Below, piece after piece: positions 37,541-50,374 of a stretch of DNA of 64,000 nucleotides (position 1 is the stretch's first letter; every line of letters starts with the position of its first letter). Source of the stretch: Callorhinchus milii (Eukaryota); NCBI RefSeq assembly GCF_018977255.1, contig NW_024704743.1:59336001-59400000 (forward strand). The letters are read 5' to 3'. The notes below the pieces were generated by a model that saw only the letters and a list, made by a program, of their open reading frames with translations, had not been told where the DNA came from and ran no database searches. Both the position numbers and the translations under genes were made by a program.

Positions 37541-37699
37541 TTTGGAACACTTCTGGTTCCCTATCAGTAGCAGATACATTTCCTTACCATCAGCCCTTCC
37601 ACAGTCCACCACACATTCTCCAAAAAAAGTTTTACGTTTGAAAACAACAATGTTATATTTACATAGTGCCTTTCAGGTCAGGAGGACCTGACCAGCAGC

Positions 37700-39630
37700 C
37701 TGTTTACTTTGTGGACTCTGTCCTCAGGCCCTCCTCTGCAATATATACATGCTCCCGCATGGAGATGTCACTTGAAGGTATGGAGTAAATTTACACATGT
37801 ATGCAGATCATACCAAACTCGCTGCCTCCACCCTCAACTCTAGTACCTTCGAATTCAAGATCCTCATCCTCACCTACAAGGCCAATCACGGCCTTGCTCC
37901 CTCCTACCTCTCCGACCTACTATCCCCCTACCTACCTGCCCGTACCCTCCATTCCTCTGGCTCCGGTCTGCTCCACATCCCCCGCCCCAACCGCCCTACC
38001 ATCGGTGGCCGGGCCTTCAGCCTCTCAGCCCCTAGGCTCTGGAACTCCATTCCCCAGTGCCTCGCCGCCTCCTCCCTTTCCTCCTTCAAGGCGGTCTCAA
38101 GACCTTTCTCTTCGACCGTGCCTTCAGCTCCCCTCTCGACTCTCTACCCCCTCCTCGCTCCCTCCCTTCCCTCCCCTCACCCTGACCATTTCCCCTCTGC
38201 TCGGGTCCCGACCCAACTGTCCAGCGCCTTGGGACGTCCTCCCGACATGAAAGGCGCTCTCTAAATGAAATCTTGTTGTTGTTGTTGTAGGACCACTGCT
38301 GTCCTAGCAAATTGTCTGTCAGACATCAAGTCCTGGACACAGCCAACTTTCAGGACTGGCAACCTCCACAGGCTGCAAATCATCCAGAACTCTGCAGCCC
38401 AGGTACTCCGTGACCCTATCACCCCCATCCTCGCCCGATTCTACTGGCTTCCCATCACACAGAGGATACAGTTCAAGATCCTGGTCCTCACTTTCAAAGC
38501 CCTCCACAGTGTTGCTCCCCACTACCTCTGCGACCTCCTAACCCCTACCATCCTGTTCGCTCCGTCGGCTCAGCAGGCTCCGGCTTGCTTCACGTCCCTG
38601 CCTCGCTCGCCCCACTATTAACAGGAGAGCCTTCTGCTATGCCCCCACCCTCTGGAACTCAATCCCAGAGTCCTTCCGCCTCGCCCCCTCCCTCGCCTCC
38701 TTCAAGACCCAACTCAAGACAGTCCTCTTTGTCCGTGCTTTCAATCTCCCTGCTTCCCCCCTGCCCTCCACCCTCCCCAATCCCGACCCCCAGCTCGGAT
38801 CCGAAACTCTGTCCAGTGGCTTGGGACATCCTCCCAACATGAAAGGCACTATACAAATGTTATTTTATTGTTGTTCTTCTTGTTGATGTCTGACAGACAA
38901 TTCGAATGTTGGCAAGGCAGAGGCCCTCCTGCTTGGCTCCCTTTAGTGCTTCCTCACCTCAGCCACTGACAGTATCACTATTCATGGTTGCACTCTACAC
39001 CCCACAGAGCCAAAACAGAACCTCTGTGTCTTGTTTGACCTTCAAACCCCACAATGATGCTGTGACCCATTCCGTCTGTCCCCACCTCTGCAACATTGCC
39101 CACCTCTCACCACAGACTTCCCAACTCTTCCCTCCACGAGATGCAGATTATTCAAAACTCTGCAGCTCGTGTGCTCTCCCGCACCAAACCACATGAACTG
39201 ATCACCCCCATCCATACCCGGCTTCACTGGCTCCCCATCCCTCAGAGAATGAGTTCAAAACACTCATTCTCACTTCAAAGCCCTCCATGGTCTGCCCCCC
39301 CCCACCCCTGTGACCTCCTAACCACATATCAGCCTGTCTGTGCCCTCTGCTCAGTGGACACTGGCCTGCTTCAGGTTCCCCTGCACTTCCCACCCCACCA
39401 TTGGCAGTCGGGCATTCAGCATCTCTGCCCCCACACACTGGAACTCCATCCTGCAATCCCTCCACCTCACACCCTCTCCTGCCTCCTTCAAATCCTGTCT
39501 AAAGACCTTCCTCTTCGACCACGCCTTCGGTTCCACTCCTCCTGACCCCAACTCCCAGCTTGGAACTCAGACCCCTGATTATTCAGCACCCTGAAACATC
39601 TTTCCAACATGAAGGGTGTAATAATTTGTT
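37700..39630 (+). mobile_element. Cluster of nested and tandem L2-A fragments (young insert at 37844-38287)
   Basis: Three L2 tails, repeated IIQNSAA/FKIL motifs. Confidence 0.85.
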
Positions 39631-42600
39631 GTTGGGGGTCAAAGAGATTCATAGAATTGACTTGGAGTAAAACATGGTCAAAAAAAAGGTCTAAGACAGA
39701 CTTGGAAAGTCAGGAGGAAGGGTGTGGGGAAGGGCGGGGGAGAGGAAGGGGATCTCCTTGGAGCTAAACTGGCTCCAAGGTGACATGTTTGGTAAAGCAA
39801 TTTCAGAATCGAGCCAGCACTCGGTGGCAGTTTCAGTAGTCTGGTTTCTGAATTAGACGAGTCTGCACTATTCCAGGGCACTGTTGATGTCAGCACAGCC
39901 AGACTGGCTCATCAACAGGACCTGGAAGGGCAAATCATTTACTGGGGGCAGGGAATCATCCCACTCAGCTCCTGGTAACCCAGTAAGCCAAAGCCTCAAT
40001 AGGCAGCTTGGTCCTCGCTGGACAAGCAACGGGAAAGTTTGCTGGACAGCAATATTAATGGCAAACTATGGGGTTTTAGCAGGTCAGACTCCAGCAGTAC
40101 CCGAACACACACTCTGGGGTCCCAAAGCCTCCTGCCGACCTGCACCTAATACAGATTGGATGAAAACATCCTCCGAGCCAGACACGGGTCACCAGTTGGA
40201 CCACGAATATTTTTTGACAACCTTCCATTATCGTGTCTTGCAGCAATGAGTGCTGTGTGTGTGTATATATTCATTGACTGTGAAACTATAATAATAGGAA
40301 ACAATTGTTTAACATCCAAATTTTGCGCACATTATTTCATCATTAATTAAATAATAGACACAGCGTTTCCTTATAGAGGGGGAGGGAGGGAAGGGGTGAT
40401 TTTCTGAATGATTATTTTCTCTGCAACAAAGAGGGAGGGACACTCTGATTGCAGGCTGAGGAGAAGGCAGTGTGAGGAATATTGAGGCTCGGCCAGGAAT
40501 TGTTCAGTAAGGTGGCAGGGCTGAGCTGTCAATGTACCGGCTGCACACACTGCACCCAGGCTGCCAGCACAACAACCGCAACAACTGAGCAGCTCAATGT
40601 CCTCCCTCACTGCCATCTCACTGCAATTTACTGATAGACAAGAGCACCGGTCTGACACACGAGTGTGACTGAAAGGCAGAGAGTTCACTTGGTGCAGCTT
40701 ATCAACAACTGACTGGAACGTCAGTTAAATGAGCAAAGGATGCTCTGCTGGTGAGGATATTCTCTCTTACCCTTGTGTTTCTGTGCAGAAACAAAGCCTC
40801 AGCAAACACTGCTGCACTTTGCCCTCCTCCCACACGAAACTCTGCACGCCACGTCCTTACCTTATTTAGCTGTGACAGGAGAGAGGATAACAGAAGCGGA
40901 TTTCTCCAGCTCCTGGTCTGTGAGCAACTGATACAGAGAGGAAATGGCAGATCCCAGCAGTATTGCATCAACCAGCGTCAGGGCTGTTGCAACATCCCCT
41001 TTGCACATCTCTTGGTTCCGCCAGTATTCCAACATACACCACATCCCTGCCTCATAAGCTTAAGCCTGTATTTTGTGATATTACTTTGCAGAACATCTTA
41101 ATTGCATACAGGAAGAAAATGGATATAAATGCTGTGTCAGCTCTCCCTCCAAAGCCAGTACTGTCAGTCAGCCAACCCCCAAACAACAACAACAACTTGC
41201 ATTTGTATAGCACCCTTCACGCCAGGTAGTGCCCCCGAGCACTTGAGAGTGGCGGAGTCTGACCCCAAGCCAGGGCGGAGAGGGAGGAGGGAGGTGACCA
41301 TAAGTGCGATCAAAATAGAAGGTCTTTAGGCGGGATTTGAAAGTGGGTGGGGAAGGAGGGGCAAGGTGGAGGGATTGACGGAGAGAGTTCCAGAGCTTTG
41401 GGGTGTAGTGACTGAAAGCACGGCCACCGATGGTGGAGTGCAAGGGCCAACTGGAGGCAGCAGGTCACCTCCTCTGATGGCGTTTTTCTCATGCATGCCT
41501 CATTGCTCCTATATATTTGTTCTCTATTCTCACTCTACTCCAACCTCACTTTGTTTTTAAAGTGAAGTAATTTCAAGTTATAAAACTAATAATAACCGCT
41601 GCATTTGATATGGTGTCATTACGTAGTCGAAACAGGTCAAAGCGCTTCACAGAATACAATGTAAAGTCAATTGACTGTATATTTTGTGAGTGAAACCCGG
41701 CAGCCATACCCCACAAACAGCCATGGCGTGAATGACCAATTTTATTTGGGGGTTGGCCAAGAAAAAGGTTATAATATGACCCTTTTCACTCTGAAAATTG
41801 TGAAGCTGACATCCCTTCACAACAAGGTGCTCGGAGTGGGGGGCTGGTGGGGGGTAAGCCATGGTTGTTTTGTTTTTAATACAATTAATTATGATGTGTT
41901 ATTTGCTAACCATGTTTAACTTATTCTAATATTATTATTATTATTATTATTATATTAACCATGTTATGCTAAAACAGACTGCAGGTGACTGCGGGTACTC
42001 CTGTTTCAGCTGTAAAACCAAACAGGATCAATCAGGACGAGTTGCAATTCAAGCTCTCGATAAAGGAGAAAACCTTCCCGAAAACTCCCATTCAAACTAC
42101 ACCAGGCAAAATTGTGCCTCACAAAAGACAATCAATCAAATTTTACTACACAATTTAGGGCAGAGTCCGGTGGTTCTGCAACATTTGAGAATTTAATGGA
42201 TTATTCGCTTCGGGATACTGTGTTGAGGGGGGAATGATCTGAGAAAACCTACCGTCAAATGCTTTCATACTGACCAGTTGAAGCTACTCAGAGGGAATTA
42301 ACCCTTCTGTTTCCATAGACTCATTATCTTTTTGCAACTACTGGCAAACTTGGATTTGAAGCACATCTGTGTATTTGGGGAATTTTGTTTTTAATACAGT
42401 TAATTATGATGTGTTATTTGCTAACCATGTTTAACCATGTTATGCTAAAACAGATGATGACTGGAATCCTCAGAACTCAATCCTTTCGGGGAAAAGGAGA
42501 AGGCAGCATTATTAAAAGTTTGTTTGAAATATTGGGAATTTTGATTATGTACAATTATGCTCATTTGTTTTATTCTTACTGTATTCAGTCATAAAATAAG

Positions 42601-42809
42601 ATGAAATCTGCAGTTAGATTTTTTTATAACAGCAGAGCTCACTGAAATAATGCTCGATAATTGGATGTTCCTGTAAGTATTAACCTGTGTGCCTAGGATT
42701 TTTTAAAAAAATGAACAACGTAAGGCGACAAAAATTGGATATCAATTAGAGAAAGAATTATTAGAAAATACTCAACACTCTACAATTTGACTGTGGTAAC
42801 TCCACACAC

Positions 42810-43300
42810 AAGAACAAGAACAACAACAAAAAAATTACATTTATATAGCGCCTTTCATGCTGGGAGGAGGTCCCAGAGTTACGGACCCGAGCTGAGGGTC
42901 AGGGTGGGGGAAGGCCGGGGGGGGGGAGCAGGGAGATCGAAAGCACGGTCAAAGAGGAGGGTCTTGAGGTGGGTCTTGAAGGTGGCGAAGGAGGGACAAG
43001 ACGGAGGGTCTGTGGGATGGCGTTCAGAGGGTGGGTGCAGAGTGGCGGAAGGCCAGCCCACTGATAGTGGAGCGAGCAAGGTGGGGGACGCGAAGCATCC
43101 CAGAGCATGCTGAGCAGAGGGAGCGAACAGGATGGTAGGGATTAGGAGATCGGAGAGGTAGAGGAGAGCAAGGCCATGGAGGGCTTTGAAGGTGAGGACC
43201 AGGATCTTGAACTGTATCCTCTGTGTGATGGGAAGCCAGTGGAGTTGGGCAAGGATGGGGGTGATAGGGTCATGGAGCCTAGTGCGGGAGAGGACACGGA
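42810..43300 (-). mobile_element. L2 3' fragment
   Basis: L2 tail and C-terminal ORF2 homology. Confidence 0.8.
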
Positions 43301-43312
43301 CAAGGATAAATG

Positions 43313-43638
43313 TGGAGTCCTGTAGCTCAGTGGTTAGAGCATTCGCTTTGCAAGTGAGAGACCTGAGTTCAATTCCAGGCAGGGCGAAACCTTGGGCAAG
43401 TTTCCTTACTCCACACGCCTAATAATAATCCCTCCAAAACCAAAGATAATAATAAATTGGTCATTTTCAATCCACGACTGTTTGTGGGACATTGCTGTGC
43501 GCAATTGGCTGCCACGTTCACCCACAAATATACAGTCAATTCACTTTGTAGCGTGTTCTGTGAAGCGCTTTGGGACGTCCTCCCGACGTGAAAAGCGCTA
43601 TATCAAATGCAAGGATTATTATTATTATTATTATTATT
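43313..43638 (+). mobile_element. tRNA-Ala(TGC)-headed SINE with Deu-like core and L2-type tail (young subfamily)
   Basis: GGAGTCCTGTAGCTCAGTGGTTAGAGC A box, GTTCAATTCC B box, GGGACATTGCTGTGCGCAATTGGCTGCC core, (ATT)n tail. Confidence 0.93.
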
Positions 43639-43789
43639 AAATGTAATGGCATTGGTTACTTCTTCAAGGAATATAGACAGAAACACTTTGTCATGGAATT
43701 AACATTGTCATGCCCTATATTTCTCAATGGGAAATATGTGTAATCTGATTTGGCAATAGCACATAATATTTGATAATGCACAGAATAAC

Positions 43790-46700
43790 AACAACAACTT
43801 GGATTTATATAGTGCCCTCCATGCCAGACAGTGTCTCAGAGCGCTTCACATGAACAGATCCCGGGGCCGAGCCAGGGGGAGGAGGAGGAAGGTGACCAAA
43901 GGTGTGATCGAAAAGAAAGATCTTCAGCAGGGACCCGAAAATAGGAAGAAAGGGAACGAGGCGAAGGGAGTGAGGAAGGGAATTACAGAGCCTCGGGGCA
44001 TAGTGGCTGAAGGCACGGCCGCCGAGGGTGGAGTGGAGGACTCGGGGGATGAGGAGGAGGCCAGACCCAGAGGAACGAAGGCAACGGGTACTGTTTTGAG
44101 GAGAGAGGAGGTCAGAAAGGTGGGGGGGGGGGGGGGGGTGCAGAGGTGTGGAGGGATTTGAACACAAGGGTGAGGATCTTGAAATCGATCCTCTCTGGGA
44201 CAGGTAGTCAGTGCAGTCTGGCAAGGACTGGGGTGATCAGGGAACGAAGTTTGGTGTGGGTGAGGAAGTGGGCGGCAGAGTTTTGAATGATCTGGATTTT
44301 ATGGATGGTAGTGGAGGGGAGACAAGCGAGGAGGGCGTTAGAGTAGTCCAGCTGAGAGGTGACAAAGGCTTGGACTAGGGTTTCAGCAGCTTTCAGAGAG
44401 AGGTATTGGTGGAGACAGGCGATGCGTTGGAGGTGGAAGAAGGCGGTGCTGATGAGGGACCGGATGTGGGGGAGGAAGGAAAATTGGGGGTTGAACCTGA
44501 CGCCGGAGGTTTTAGGGGCAGGTTGGGTAGGTGGAAGAGGTGAGAGACGTGAGATTTTAGACATTGACGAGAGCCAAAGAGTATGGCTTCCGTCTTGTCA
44601 AAGTTCAGCTGAAGGAAGTTTGCACTCATCCAGCCCCTGTGATCTGACAGGCAGACTGACAGAACATCAGGGGACTGGGGTTCACAAAGAGAGGTGGAAA
44701 AATAGAGTTGGGTGTCATCCATATACATGTGGAAATGTACCCCATGTCTGAGGATGACATCCCCAAGAGGGAACATGTAGAGCAGAAAGAGGAGGGGGCC
44801 AAGGATGGATCCTTGGGGTACCCTGCAGGTAACTGAGTGAGAACGGGGGAGAAGCCATTTGTGTAGATGTACTGCTGGCAGTTTGTGAGGTAGGACTCGA
44901 ACCAGGCGAGTGCTGTCCCACCGAGGTGGATGACGGAGGAAATGCAGTGGAGGAGGATGGCGTGATCGACTTTGTCGAACGCCGTAGAGAGGTCCAAGAG
45001 GACAAGGAGGCAGAGGGAGCCCTGGTCACAGATAGAGAGGATGTCATTTGTGACTTTCACAAGTGCAGCCTCTGTACTGTGGGCGGAAACCGGACTGGAG
45101 GGGTTCGAAGAGGGAGTGGGAGGAGAGGTGTGCGCGAAGTTGATTGGCAACAACGCTTTCTAGGACTTTTGCGAGGAAGGGCGGGTTAGAAATGGGGCGG
45201 TAGTGGCTGGAGTTTGAGGATTCTAGGGAAGGTTTTTTGAGGAGGGGGGTGATGACAGCAGTTTTGAGGGGGGCAGGGACTGATCCGGAGGAGAGGGACT
45301 GGTTGATGACATCAGCCAGTAGTAGGCAGAGGATGGGGAGCTCTGTGACTAGTAAGTTGGTGGGGAGGGGGTCGAGGCAGCAGGTGGTGGGTTTCATGGA
45401 GGTGATGGTGGGTAAGAGGGAGGAGGGAGAGATGGGGAGGAAGTAATGTAGGATTGGGGTGGTGGTAGGAGCAGATGATTTGGAGGGTGAGGGGTTTGGA
45501 GAGGGGGTGGTGGTGGGTGACAAGAGGCAGGAGGATGAGGCTGCCTGGCGGATGTTGTGAATTTTAGATGAAAAGATGTCCATGACCTCCTCGCACTTGG
45601 CATTTGATGTGAAGATTGAGTCCTGAGGGGAGGCACGGAGGAGGTAGTGGGTGGTGGAAAAAAGGATTTTAGGGTTGTGTTTAGCCTCTAAGATGATGTT
45701 GGAGTAGAAGGCCGTTTTTGCGCATGTCAAAGAATGACGGTAGCTGTGGAGATGCTCGAGCCACAGTTGGCTGTGGACTGTAGGCCAGTTTTCCGCCATC
45801 TGCGCTCAAACAGCCAGATTGGATTTTTAGGCGGTAGAGATGGTTGTTGTACCAGGGGGATTGGGTGGGTTTGGAGATGGTCCTGGATTTCAAGGGGACA
45901 AGGGAGTTGAAGGTGGAGGAAAGGCGATCATGGAGCAGCTGGATGGCTGCTTCAAGATCTCTGTGAGTGGAAGGCCAGAGGGATAGGATGTTTGATGATG
46001 CGAGGGACTTTGTGAGGGTCTCAGGGGGTAGTCTTTTCCAAGGGCTGTAGAGGATGGTTGAGGGCTTGTGGAGGAGAGAGGGATGTGAGAGGAGAAGGAG
46101 ATGAGGAAGTGGTCCGGGATGGCCTTGTCCACTATGCTAAGGTCGGAAATGTCAAGACCATGGGTGATGACGAGGTCAAGGGCATGACCATGGCTGTGGA
46201 TGGATGAATTTATATGAAGGGTGAGGTTTAGGGAAGAGAGAGGGCAGTGAAATCGGCAGAAGTAGTGCAAGGGGAGTTTAGGTGGAGGTTGAAGTCGCCC
46301 ATGATGAGCAGGCGCTCGGAGCAGAGGGACAGGGAAGAGAGGAGAGTAGAGATGTCTGCGTGGAAGGAGCCGGGGGGCTTAGGGGGGGCGGCAGACAAGG
46401 AGGATTTTCAATGGGAGAGAGGGGTGGAAGAGGGTGAGGTGCTCGAAGGAGGGGAAGCAGCCAGAGGAGTAGGGGGTAAGACCAAGGGAGACTTTGGAAA
46501 TGAAGGCCACCCCGCCGCCATGCTGGTTTGGACAGGGGGGTGTGGTGCAAGGTGTAGCCTGCAGGGGAGGCTTCCACTAGGGGGACAGGGTCATTATGGG
46601 AGAGCCAGGTTTCTGTGAGCCCAAGAATGTCAAGGTGCTCGTCCAGGATGAGGTTGTGGATGGTGAGGCCTTTATTTGAGAGAGAGCGGACATTTTGGAG

Positions 46701-47110
46701 GGAAATGCGCATGGGTTTGCTGGAGGGAGGGGAGGGAGGAGAGAGTGATGCGGAAAGGATTTTGGGTTGTACAGGAGAGACGGTTGTGGAGAGTGATGTA
46801 GTGGAGAGTTGAGGAGGGTACGTATGAGGGAAGGGGGAATTGGGTTTGCCTTAAGGAGGCAGTTTGTGCGGAGGGAGTGATTGATGGGACATGTGGGGTT
46901 GTTGCTCTGGGACAGCCAGTGCCGGAGCCACGATGCGCCCGGCGGAGGATGCCCAGGCTGGACCAGAGGCAAGTGGTGATGGGGTCGAGGCGAGAGAGAA
47001 GGCAGGGAGGGCGGTGGGAGAGTAGCGGTTAGAGGGGGGGTCGGAGGAGAGACATTTAGAGTGGAGGGGGAGGCTCGGGTCGGGGCGGCAGCCAAAACGC
47101 GCACGCAGAG
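43790..47110 (-). mobile_element. Near full-length L2 LINE (family B), disrupted ORF2 with APE endonuclease and RT
   Basis: LQNVRSL...LGLTETWL (EN); TAVITPLLKKP...YRPISN, LLDLSTAFDKVDH, HMYMDDTQLY (RT); (TTG)n tail at about 43790; several frameshifts. Confidence 0.92.
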
Positions 47111-47849
47111 ACCGGGAGTATACGTGAGTCATGTGCATGTACCTGATATCATGCTGTATGATCCTAAGGAAGAAGAATGAGTAAAAAGGTGACCTTTCTA
47201 CATTCTGTGCTGCTTGAAATGATTTCTAAACAATGAAAGGACAGTGTACCAGAGTGCTTCCAAATATTCTCATTAATATCAGCTAAATGGGGGTGGGAGG
47301 GCGGGGGCAGTTAATTCTTCACTGGAGGATTTGGACATAGACCTAATGTGAGAGCCAATGCACCAGAAACTAAACACAATAGAGCTGCCAATTGCTGCTG
47401 GTAAAAGCTGGATTCTGAAATTTGCACCCAGTAGTCAAAACAGACTCTGAAATCAGAAATACACAGGTGCCAAGACACAACATGACGAATATGAACACTA
47501 GTCTTTGTGTCTGTGGGTTATTAAACCATTTGAAGATTCTTAAAGAGCTATAAGTGATGAATACTTGTACTAACTGAGTTCTGTTCAGCTGCAGATTATG
47601 TTGCTCGAATGAAGGATTCCAATATGTGCGCCAATATGACGTCTGATAATAAAGAGGCACTGAAGAACAGGTCTAATGATGTTTATGACGTGGAACCCGA
47701 CTTTGTCTATAACTCCCATCAGCAAGACAATGTGTACTGTGTTACCATAAATTTGAAACAATACCGACACAAGAGTGATACCTGTTTCAAAGACAAATCT
47801 ACTTTATGTGTACAAGTAACTGAAAAAGCAGTAATAGGCAGGAACTGGT

Positions 47850-49925
47850 CCTATCCAACAAGTATGATGTATTTGCTACCTGTGGGGATAAGGAAAACGG
47901 CTGAGGGGAGGATGACCAAAAGTCTAACAAAGGCACCTTGGACCAGGAAGCAGTTCAGGGCGGGGAGGAGCAGAATAGAAAGGTTGCAGTTTAAGGGGAT
48001 TCGATAATTATGGGGAGAGATGGTATCCTGTATAGTCGAGATTGAGCGTCCAGGAAAATGTGTTGCTTACCTTGTGCCAGGGTAAGGGATATATCGAAGC
48101 ACCTGGAAAGGAACGTTGAAAAGGAAAGGGAAAGAACCAGTTGTTGTAGTCCATGTCGGAACAACATAGGAAAACAGGAATGATGTCCTGCTTAAGGAAT
48201 ATTAGGAGCTAGGAGCGAAATTTAAAAAAATGACCTTGAGGGTGATAATCTCCGGAAAACTACCCAAGTCACATGCAAATTGTTGTAAGGAAAAACATGA
48301 TAAAAGTGAATGTGTGGCTGAAAGAATGGTGTGGAAAGGAAGGGTTCAATTGCATGGGACACTATACTGCTGGGATGGGCTGCATCTGAATTGGGCTGCA
48401 TCCAAGGCCTTAGCGGGAAGGTTAAATAACAGAAAGGACTTGAAATCAGTAAAGGGGGTTGGGTGGAAATAATAGGAACCTAAGGATAAGGAATAGAAGG
48501 GATAAGAGCAAAGGTCAGCGTTCAAAAAGTGATAAAGATAACATAAATACTCTGTGCAGAAAAACGATTACAGGAAGTAATCACAACAAGTGTAAAAAGT
48601 TAAAAAATGTGAGACAAAAATTAGGGCATATGGACAGAGTGGGAACAGTTAAAGTGGAAATCTCGTGGACTGGGAAAGCTATAAAAAGCAACAAAGGGAT
48701 ACAAAGAAAGTAATAAGATAAAAAAAACTTGCAAGAGATATCAGAGCTAACAGTAAAAATGTTTTTATAACAATAGTAGATAGTAAGAGAAAGAAAGTGG
48801 TGAAGCGGATTGTGGGTCCATTAAAGACAGTTGTAGGTGAGACTATAATGGAAAATAAGGAAATTTCCCTCTAACTACAACCTTTCCATTGTGCTCATTC
48901 CCCTTCATATTACTTGTTAAATTTATATTGTACTTTGCAACTGTTTTCACAGAAGAAAAGGACAAAATACCAGCAGTACAGGAAACCTAAAAATAAGCCA
49001 AAGAGAAGTACTTGTTCGATTTAATATAAATCAAAAAATGTTAATGGAGAAAATAATGGGACTTAAGATAGACAAATCTCCAGGACCTGATGGTTTCCAT
49101 CCCAGGAAATTAAAAGAAGTAGGGGAGGAAATTCCAGATGAGTTAGTTATAATTTTCTAAAGCTCTCTATATCCAGGAATTGTGCACTTGCATTGGACTC
49201 CATTATTTCAGAGGGAATTGTGGAGGAGCAAAGACTTTGGATGTTCATGTTCACAAATCACTAAATCGAGTTCACAAGTACAAAAAGTAATCAAAAAGCC
49301 TAATGGGATGTTACCCTTTATTTCAAGGCGGCTGGAACAAAAAGGAGAGGAAATTATGCTTCAGTTGTATAGAGCCTCGGTCAGACCCGATCTGGAGCAC
49401 TGTGTTCAGTTTTAGGCACCACACCTCAGGAAAGATATATTGGCTCTGGAGGGGATACAGCGCACATACAGTAGAATGATACCAGAGCTAAAAGGGTTAA
49501 ATTATGAGGACATGTTGCATAAACTTAGTTTGTGTTCCCTTGAGTTTAAAAGGTTGAGGGATGATCTAATTGAGGTGTTTAAAATGCTAAAATTATTTGA
49601 TAGGGTAGATACAGAGAAATTATTTCCTCTGGTGGGGAATCCAAAACAAGGCGGCAAAATCTTAAAATTAGAGCTAAGCCATTTAGGAATGAAATCAGGA
49701 AGCACTTTTCACACAAAGGGTAATGGAAATCTAGAACTTTCTCCCCAAAATGGCTGTGGTTGCTGGATCTATTGAAATATTCAAAAATGAGTTGGATTAA
49801 GTCAGGGTATCAAGGGACATGGAGCAAAGGCGAGTAAATGGAGTTGAGGTACAGATCAGCCATGAACTAACAGAATGGCAGAACAGACTCGAGGGGCTGA
49901 ATGGCCTATTCCTGTTCCTATGTAT
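47850..49925 (+). mobile_element. Internally deleted CR1 LINE (ORF1 esterase remnant, ORF2 linker and C-terminus, 3' tail)
   Basis: GDSII..G / CL..ARV.D esterase remnants; KSPGPDGFHP; LYRA.VRP.LEHCVQF; RLRDDLIEVFK; tail GCTGAATGGCCTATTCCTGTTCCTATG. Confidence 0.88.
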
Positions 49926-50374
49926 CGCTATGTAATTTGCTTATAATGGAAAATTACCAAACATTTTTACTGCTATACCTTTAAGTGAAGTTTTGTTGAT
50001 GATTGTGAGTGTGTTACTTGTTTACTTACTAGAAATGAATAGTGTCCGTCTTTGCTTTATCTAATGTCTTTGCTCTGTCTGGTATAGCTACATGGGAGCA
50101 GGAATATGCAATAGGTAGCCTGTGTTATGTGAGAAGTAAGACAAAGAAGGGTGTCTGTAAATGATAATTAGGTAATCTTGCAAATGAGATGGTCATAGTT
50201 CGCTGAAGAATAAAAACAAGAAAATGGTATCTGTTATCCAAACCAGATGGACTTGCAGATCGCAAAAAATTATTTGTTCCTGTGGATAAATATGGGGTAC
50301 TAACTAGCCTGAAGTTGGAGCAGACTCGGAAGAGAAGACAAGATTAGAAAAGAAGATATAATGCAATACAATGC

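Noticed and set aside
43313..43385. tRNA-Ala gene call for SINE heads
   Set aside because: Heads are fused to a SINE body and tail in many dispersed copies, and the acceptor stem does not close
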